Positions 25,860 to 32,000 of a stretch of 32,000 nt of DNA are shown here, piece by piece; the first letter of the stretch is position 1; each line of letters starts with the position of its first letter. Source of the stretch: Nostoc punctiforme PCC 73102 (GTDB lineage: Bacteria; Cyanobacteriota; Cyanobacteriia; Cyanobacteriales; Nostocaceae); NCBI RefSeq assembly GCF_000020025.1, contig NC_010628.1, positions 7,380,001-7,412,000 on the forward strand, written 5' to 3'. The notes below the pieces were generated by a model, which was not told the DNA's origin, made no database searches, and worked only from the letters and a program-made list of their open reading frames with translations. The translations under genes and the position numbers were made by a program.

Positions 25860-26708
25860 TTGAATTTAACAAAGCGATTACAAACTTCCCTGAGTGCGAT
25901 CGCGCGAGAACGCGATCCTTACATGGCAACAGCTGGACATTTTTTCGTCCAAGAATACATCCACCAGGAATTTTCCCAATGGGGGAGTGTGGAAATCCAC
26001 ACCTTTGAAGTTAGGGGTAAAGCTTGTAAAAACTTGATATTAAATTTGCCCTGCCAAGCCAGAGGGCAAAAAAAGGATTTGCCACCGATTTTAATTGGCG
26101 CTCATTATGATGGCGTTCCGGGAACATCTGCGGCTGATGATAATGCCACTGGTGTGGCGGTGTTGCTGGAATTGGCGAGAAAGTTTGCTGCCCAAGCTGT
26201 AAAATATCCGTTGAGGCTGGTTGCTTTCGATATGGAAGAATACGGCTTACTGGGTAGCGCTGACTATGCAGCTCTGTTGCACCAACAAAAGCAACAGCTA
26301 CGCTTAATGATCTCCCTAGAAATGCTGGGTTATAAGGATTCTACGCCTGGTTCTCAAAGTTATCCCCCTCCTCTGGAACGCTTCTATCCAGATACAGGTG
26401 ATTTTATTGCTTTAATTGGCAATTTGCGAACATTGCCTGACTTAATTGGCATGAGCCGTAATATTCGCAAAGCTGGCGTACCTAGTCAATGGCTACCCGT
26501 GCCGAATCGAGGTTTAATAGTTCCCCAAACCAGACTTAGCGATCATGCGCCTTTCTGGGATTTAGGTTATCCGGCAATGATGGTGACAGATACAGCATTT
26601 TTGCGAAATCCCCATTATCACAAACCTAGTGATGCGATCGCTACTTTAGATTTAGATTTTCTTAGTGGTGTATGTGAAGGGTTAGAAATTGCGATTCGGC
26701 GGTTATGA
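25860..26708 (+). CDS. M28-family zinc aminopeptidase-like protein
   Basis: GAHYDGVPGTSAADDNATGVAVLLELAR...FDMEEYGLLGS...SDHAPFW...HYHKPSD are M28 metal-ligand motifs. The TTG start at 25860 is uncertain. The ATG at 25923 would cut into conserved sequence. Confidence 0.75.
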   Translation: MNLTKRLQTSLSAIARERDPYMATAGHFFVQEYIHQEFSQWGSVEIHTFEVRGKACKNLILNLPCQARGQKKDLPPILIGAHYDGVPGTSAADDNATGVAVLLELARKFAAQAVKYPLRLVAFDMEEYGLLGSADYAALLHQQKQQLRLMISLEMLGYKDSTPGSQSYPPPLERFYPDTGDFIALIGNLRTLPDLIGMSRNIRKAGVPSQWLPVPNRGLIVPQTRLSDHAPFWDLGYPAMMVTDTAFLRNPHYHKPSDAIATLDLDFLSGVCEGLEIAIRRL

Positions 26709-26757
26709 AAAATATTAGACATATCCAGAAATTAAATATGCGTTATCCAGAACGCTT

Positions 26758-26795
26758 GTAGAGACGTAGCAGTGCTACGTCTCTACATTATTTTT
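26758..26795 (+). terminator. Long perfect palindrome followed by a T-run, probable terminator of the M28 peptidase gene
   Basis: GTAGAGACGTAGCAGTGCTACGTCTCTAC has about 12-14 bp arms and is followed by ATTATTTTT. The GTAGAGACG...CGTCTCTAC hairpin type recurs in Nostoc-like genomes as I recall. Confidence 0.7.
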
Positions 26796-26903
26796 GACCG
26801 AATGCACTATGCCCAATACCCGATTTCTAATGCAGTTGTTACCAATTACTACTTTGTGACTATGAGGATTGTACGAATTGACACGAAATAATGAGGCTAA
26901 TGA

Positions 26904-28481
26904 ATGCCAAGATCAAAAAAAGAATGCCCCAAGGATATTAAAAGTACTATGCCAGAATTACACCAATCAATTGCCCAGCATTACCACGAACGGACTAAAT
27001 ACAACCCTGAGACTCTTGCCTCCAAAAGTCAGCAGTTAGACTGGACTAAACAGCCAGTGCCTTTCAAAGAATACAAAATTGGCTCTACTGTTGATCTCAA
27101 ACCCTATATTCAAGAAAAATCAGAAGGATTTGCCAATAACCCAGATGCTCAATGGTGGCAAAGACTTTCACGATTGCTGTTTCGCAGCTATGGATTGACA
27201 GCGAGAATGCCTTCTATGGGTAGTGCGGTATATTTACGCGCTGCTCCCAGTGCCGGCGGATTGTACCCTGCTGAGGTGTATGTAGTTTCCCGTGGCACGT
27301 CGTTATTGCCACCTGGTTTGTATAACTACCAGTGTCGGACTCATTCACTGATGCATTATTGGGAAAGTGATGTTTGGCAAACTCTCCAAGCAGCTTGTTT
27401 CTGGCATCCTTCTTTAGAAAACACTCAATTAGCAATTATTGTCACTGCGGTATTTTATCGTTCTGCCTGGCGCTATGAAGATCGGGCTTATCGCCGGATT
27501 TTTCTAGATACGGGACATCTATTGGGTAATATCGAATTGGCTGGCGCGATTACTGACTTTCGCCCTCATTTAATCGGCGGCTTTGTGGATGAATCGGTAA
27601 ACGATCTGCTTTATATCGATCCGCAACAAGAAGGTGCGATCGCTGTCTTACCTCTGGCAGACTTGTTAGATGTCAATCAAAATTTGCCATTGGGATGTAC
27701 TGCTTTACCTTCCGCCACCGAAACCAATTATCCCCAAATCCCCGATGGTGAATTGCTGACATATTTCCATCGACACACCCAGATTCAATCAGGTATAACT
27801 GGCAATCTCAATCTACCAGTTATCAAACAAGAAAAATCTTTAGAGGATAAATATAACTTTCCTTTCTGTTTGAAAATCCCCACCACCACTACACCTATAG
27901 ACTGGGGACAAAAGCTGTCAGAACTGGAAAATACAATGTACAAGCGACGCTCTACCCGCGCTTATAATGGTGATGATTTAACTTTCGAGCAATTGAAAAG
28001 TCTACTAGATTTCACTTACCAACCGCAAAATTACATCGACCAAAGTTTAGATATTTCTCCAGACTACTTTGATTTGAATTTAATAGAAACATTTATTGCT
28101 GTTTGCGGAGTTAAAGGACTGGAGGCAGGTTGTTATTATTACGCGCCCAAAGCCCAAGAACTACGCCAAATTCGATTTAAAAATTTCCGGCGAGAGTTAC
28201 ATTTTCTCTGTTTGGGGCAAGAATTAGGGCGGGATGCAGCAGCAGTATTATTTCATACAGCCGATCTGAAAGCTGCGATCGCTCAATATGGCGATCGCGT
28301 TTACCGTTATTTACATCTGGATGCCGGTCATTTGGGACAGCGCCTGAATTTAGCCGCAATGCACCTAAATATAGGCGTTAGCGGTATCGGTGGATTCTTT
28401 GATGACCAAGTAAATGAAGTTTTGGGTATTCCTGCTGATGAAGCTGCTCTATATATCACTACATTGGGCCACCCAAGATAA
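26904..28481 (+). CDS. SagB/ThcOx-type (nitroreductase-superfamily) protein with two tandem domains
   Basis: 525 aa. The N-terminal YHERTKY, followed by RAAPSAGGLYP...IFLDTGHL, is repeated in the second half (RRSTRAY...YLHLDAGHLGQRL...GIGGFFD). Confidence 0.7.
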   Translation: MPRSKKECPKDIKSTMPELHQSIAQHYHERTKYNPETLASKSQQLDWTKQPVPFKEYKIGSTVDLKPYIQEKSEGFANNPDAQWWQRLSRLLFRSYGLTARMPSMGSAVYLRAAPSAGGLYPAEVYVVSRGTSLLPPGLYNYQCRTHSLMHYWESDVWQTLQAACFWHPSLENTQLAIIVTAVFYRSAWRYEDRAYRRIFLDTGHLLGNIELAGAITDFRPHLIGGFVDESVNDLLYIDPQQEGAIAVLPLADLLDVNQNLPLGCTALPSATETNYPQIPDGELLTYFHRHTQIQSGITGNLNLPVIKQEKSLEDKYNFPFCLKIPTTTTPIDWGQKLSELENTMYKRRSTRAYNGDDLTFEQLKSLLDFTYQPQNYIDQSLDISPDYFDLNLIETFIAVCGVKGLEAGCYYYAPKAQELRQIRFKNFRRELHFLCLGQELGRDAAAVLFHTADLKAAIAQYGDRVYRYLHLDAGHLGQRLNLAAMHLNIGVSGIGGFFDDQVNEVLGIPADEAALYITTLGHPR

Positions 28482-29357
28482 AACGTAGATGTGCATAAGC
28501 TTACCGCAGGCTACCGCAAATTATTTGAAACACATCTAAATTAGATATAACAAGAGTTTTAAATCCAAGTCTTACCAAAACTGACTGATTTTGTACAGTT
28601 TCGCAAAAAATTGGTATAAACTCATCTATCAATTATGTTGCAAAAAGTGCCCATAATTTGATAAAAATACTGATGGGTAATATGAACTTTTTTGAAACTC
28701 ATACCAATTCTAGGTGAGGCTACGCTTTATTTAGATAGGGAGATAGGGGTAATTCATAAATTGCCCCTACAGCCTGTAGTTTTGTATTGCATCACTTTTA
28801 TAGGCGCATTTTCATATCACCTTTAAGCAACTTCAAGTGCCTATTAAGATGGAATAAATTATTCCAAAAAAACATCAATATTTTAACAGTGTTGTGGAGT
28901 AAAAACTTTGGTTAAGGGATGTTCAATAAGTACACTATCTAATTTTTTGGAGTGGGTAACATGAGCGCCATCGATTACAGGTATTCATGTTATCTACCCC
29001 AGAATAAATAGTTATATAGTTTTTTCTTTAGAACTTTTTAGTAAAATGCTTGTTTAATATGGATATGGATTTAGCTAATTTAATATTGCATTACTAAGTT
29101 TAGGGAAAAATGATTTTTATTTGTAACTTTTAAAAAGATTTAATTAGAATTTAGAGGATGTGTTAAAACTCATATTATTGGCATTAAAAGAAATAAATAT
29201 ACTGCGATATTCTCCTAAAAGGGGATGCTAAAAAAGCATTAGAGAGTACACAAGCATTTGGGTTTAAGCTTTTCAATGCGTAAATCCTGTTAATTTTATT
29301 TTGAGATTGAAGCAAATTAAATCCAGTATTTTTAAAAACTTTTTTACATAACCACTA

Positions 29358-31313
29358 ATGCTATTTCCTGAAAATGAAAGCCAACGGCTAGAAGTACTAC
29401 TTTTCTCTAAAAATCCTAATCCAATGTGGATATATAACCAGAATAATCTGCGGTTTTTAGATGTCAATGAAGCTGCTGTTATCCACTACGGCTACTCACG
29501 AGAAGAATTTTTGCAAATGCGAATGACTGACATTTTCCCTCCAGAAAATGTATCTATATTCAGAGAATATTTAGGAAAAAGGCACACTAACTTGCACTTT
29601 TCTGGACAATGGCTACATCGGCGAAAAGACGGACAGAATATTGATGTTGAAGTTGTTACACATACAATAGACTATGCTAATTACAATGCTCGATTAGTTA
29701 ATATCCGAGACATTACAGAACACAAACGAATAGAAAGAACACTTCAAGAGCAAAATGAGTTTTTGCGGAGAATTTTTGAGAGTATACCATTGATGATTGC
29801 ACTTATTGATACCAATGGTAAACTTCAGTGGGTAAACCAAGAATGGGAAAGTGTTTTAGGCTGGAAATTTAAAGACTTCCAAACTGGTGATGTCTTGGAA
29901 GCATTATATCCTAATGCTGAATATCGACAGGATGTGATTAATTTTATGCAGTCTGCACAACACAATTGGGCTGACTTCATAACTCAGGTTCGGGATGGTG
30001 ATTTACTAGATACATCTTGGACAAATGTTAAACTTTCAAATGGTCAAATTATCACTATTGGTCAAGATATCACGGAGCGCAAGCGAACTGAACTGGCTCT
30101 AAAAGGTCAAGCCGAACGCGAGCAATTGATGCGAACTGTTGCTCAACGAATTCGTCAATCTTTGAATCTCCAAGATATTTTGAATGCAACAGTTCAAGAA
30201 GTGCGAGATTTACTTGGGGTTGATCGAGTAGTAGTTTATCAGTTTGACTCAGAAATGATCGGTACAATCATGGCGGAGTCAGTAGAACCTGGATGGAGAG
30301 TTTCTTTGGGGGTAGAGATTTATGATACGTGTTTTCAAACAGGCAAAGGAGCGGAATATTACCAAGTAAACAAACGAGCGATCGCTAATATTTATGAAGC
30401 TGGACTAACTGATTGCCATATTCGCTTATTAGAACAATTTGAAGTCAAAGCAAATTTAGTTGTACCCATTTTACTAGAAGTAAGTTCTCAAACCCCTGGC
30501 TCTCACCTTTGGGGTTTATTAATTGCTCACCAATGCTCTGGCTTTCGTGAGTGGGAAAAAAATCAATTAGATTTGCTCGATCAAGTGACAGTCCAATTAG
30601 CGATCGCAATTCAACAATCCAGCATCCTTGAGCAAGCTCAAACTGAACTTGTTCAAAGACAAAAAGCTCAAGTCAAATTAAAAAATGCCTTAGCTGAAAA
30701 AGAAGTTCTCTTAAAGGAAGTTCATCATCGAGTTAAAAATAATTTGCAAATTGTCTCCAGTTTATTACAACTCCAGTCTCAAACACTCAAAGATCCTGAA
30801 GCCATCAAAGTTCTTCGAGAAAGTCAAAACCGAATTGAGTCAATATCTTTAATTCATAAAAATTTGTACACTTCTGCTAATATTGGGCAGATTGATGTTG
30901 TCGATTATATAAGTAATTTAGCAGCAAGCCTGCTAATTTCCTATCAAATATGGCCTGAGAGAATTACTCTAGAAACTGATATAGATTCAGTGAATTTGAA
31001 TGTCGATCAAGCTATTGCCTGTGGATTGGTTATTAACGAATTAGTCTCCAATGCTCTCAAGCACGCTTTTCCTAATCAACAAGTAGGTACAATCAGTATT
31101 GCTCTACGCAATATCAATAATAGTATCGAGATGACTATCCAAGATAATGGAATTGGTTTACCAGCTAATTTAGATTGGACAAATACTGATTCTTTGGGTC
31201 TGTCATTAGTATATGACTTGGTTACAGAACAGCTAGAAGGCAACATCACCCTAGAACGTAATCATGGAACAGGATTCAAAATCAAATTTAAGCAGTTAAC
31301 TTTGCATCAGTAA
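29358..31313 (+). CDS. Cytoplasmic sensor histidine kinase, PAS-PAS-GAF-HisKA_2-HATPase
   Basis: 651 aa with two PAS-like modules, a GAF module (LLGVDRVVVYQF...WGLLIAHQC), the HisKA_2 H-box EVHHRVKNNLQIVSSLL, and an ATPase N-box/G-box (NELVSNALKHAF, DNGIGLP). Confidence 0.85.
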   Translation: MLFPENESQRLEVLLFSKNPNPMWIYNQNNLRFLDVNEAAVIHYGYSREEFLQMRMTDIFPPENVSIFREYLGKRHTNLHFSGQWLHRRKDGQNIDVEVVTHTIDYANYNARLVNIRDITEHKRIERTLQEQNEFLRRIFESIPLMIALIDTNGKLQWVNQEWESVLGWKFKDFQTGDVLEALYPNAEYRQDVINFMQSAQHNWADFITQVRDGDLLDTSWTNVKLSNGQIITIGQDITERKRTELALKGQAEREQLMRTVAQRIRQSLNLQDILNATVQEVRDLLGVDRVVVYQFDSEMIGTIMAESVEPGWRVSLGVEIYDTCFQTGKGAEYYQVNKRAIANIYEAGLTDCHIRLLEQFEVKANLVVPILLEVSSQTPGSHLWGLLIAHQCSGFREWEKNQLDLLDQVTVQLAIAIQQSSILEQAQTELVQRQKAQVKLKNALAEKEVLLKEVHHRVKNNLQIVSSLLQLQSQTLKDPEAIKVLRESQNRIESISLIHKNLYTSANIGQIDVVDYISNLAASLLISYQIWPERITLETDIDSVNLNVDQAIACGLVINELVSNALKHAFPNQQVGTISIALRNINNSIEMTIQDNGIGLPANLDWTNTDSLGLSLVYDLVTEQLEGNITLERNHGTGFKIKFKQLTLHQ

Positions 31314-31320
31314 ATATCAA

Positions 31321-32000
31321 ATGGGTCAAGCTAGGATTTTAGTTGTTGAAGATGAAGTGATTGTGGCTAGGGCTATTGCTAGCCAACTCAGTCAACTAGG
31401 TTATGTTGTTACGGGAACAGCTTCATCTGGAAAAGTTGCCATAGCTAAGGCATTGGAAACTCAACCAGAGTTAGTATTAATGGATATTATTCTTAAAGGT
31501 GAAATGGACGGTATTGCTACTGCCAGCCATATTCGCGAGCAGTTAGACGTACCTGTAATATTTTTAACTGCTTATGGTGATAATAATACTTTAGAAAGAG
31601 CCAAAATTACCCAACCTTTTGGATACATTGTTAAACCATTTACTACAAAAGATTTAAAGATAGCAATTGAAATCGGTCTTCTAAAACACCAGTTAGAGCG
31701 TGAACTCCGGCAGAATCGAGATCAGTTGGCAACCCTTTTAAACTCAATAAGCGATGCTGTAATCGCTACAAATGAGCAGGGAAAGGTGACATTTATGAAT
31801 CCCGCAGCCGAGACACTAACTGGCTGGCAGCAAAAAGATGCTTTAGGAAATGAGGCAGCAAATATTTTTCATATTGTCGATGAAGCCACAGATACTATAT
31901 TAGAAAACCCAGTGACAAAAGTGCTGCGAGAGCAGCAAGTTGTTTATTTAGAGGAATTCACATCTCTGATTAGAAGAGACGGAAAAAGAGTTCCAATTGG
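31321..32000 (+). CDS. Response regulator receiver domain followed by a PAS domain; 3' end lies outside the window
   Basis: I translated this frame by hand because it is not in the ORF track: MGQARILVVEDEVIVARAIA...LVLMDIILKGEMDG...VKPF, followed by a PAS-like LLNSISDAVIATNEQGKVTFMNPAAETLTGW. The frame is open to the window edge and starts 7 nt after the kinase stop. Confidence 0.8.
   Translation, partial: MGQARILVVEDEVIVARAIASQLSQLGYVVTGTASSGKVAIAKALETQPELVLMDIILKGEMDGIATASHIREQLDVPVIFLTAYGDNNTLERAKITQPFGYIVKPFTTKDLKIAIEIGLLKHQLERELRQNRDQLATLLNSISDAVIATNEQGKVTFMNPAAETLTGWQQKDALGNEAANIFHIVDEATDTILENPVTKVLREQQVVYLEEFTSLIRRDGKRVPI

Noticed and set aside
28961-29011. 16-codon ORF MSAIDYRYSCYLPQNK as a RiPP precursor for the SagB-like enzyme
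   Set aside because: It is too short for a leader plus core, about 480 bp away from the enzyme gene, and no cyclodehydratase is present. I keep it only as a minor note inside the AT-rich-gap finding.
29273-30267. Minus-strand ORFs 29273-29467 and 30070-30267
   Set aside because: They are antisense to, or overlap, the histidine kinase gene start, and have no motifs or ribosome-binding site.

Overview
The window looks like a chromosomal segment from a filamentous, Nostocales-type cyanobacterium. This call rests on pattern recognition only: many HIP1 palindromes (GCGATCGC, e.g. 1346-1353), heptamer tandem repeats, GC-rich mini-insertions, and the gene content. Most genes are housekeeping: three adjacent polytopic envelope glycosyltransferase-like proteins (1-4029), a PMCA-type Ca2+ P-type ATPase, clpC, rimI, a lysA-cdaA-uppS operon, a dnaK-dnaJ-J-protein-DUF3143 chaperone cluster, an M28 peptidase, a two-domain SagB/nitroreductase-like protein, and a PAS-PAS-GAF-HisKA_2 histidine kinase followed by a REC-PAS response regulator. 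The least ordinary part is 4.1-13.3 kb. It holds a tandem array of TerD-domain paralogs: one intact, one divergent, one split by an IS630-family element, and one 3' relic. The array is translationally coupled to a cytoplasmic zinc-ribbon/matrixin-motif metalloprotease and sits next to the Ca2+ pump. The same region contains an overlapping 112 aa / acidic 89 aa gene pair with toxin-immunity-like features, whose key residues loosely resemble barnase. The IS630 transposase is itself broken by a 56-bp GC-rich hairpin mini-element, and a nested relative of that element fills the lysA-cdaA spacer. Decayed selfish elements are scattered through the window: a Uma2 fragment, a ParE 3' relic, and a PIN toxin with one in-frame stop. 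About 110-130 bp covering the clpC 3' end and terminator is duplicated downstream of the ATPase gene. No rRNA, tRNA or CRISPR array was seen. All homology calls come from reading motifs by eye. No database search was run.
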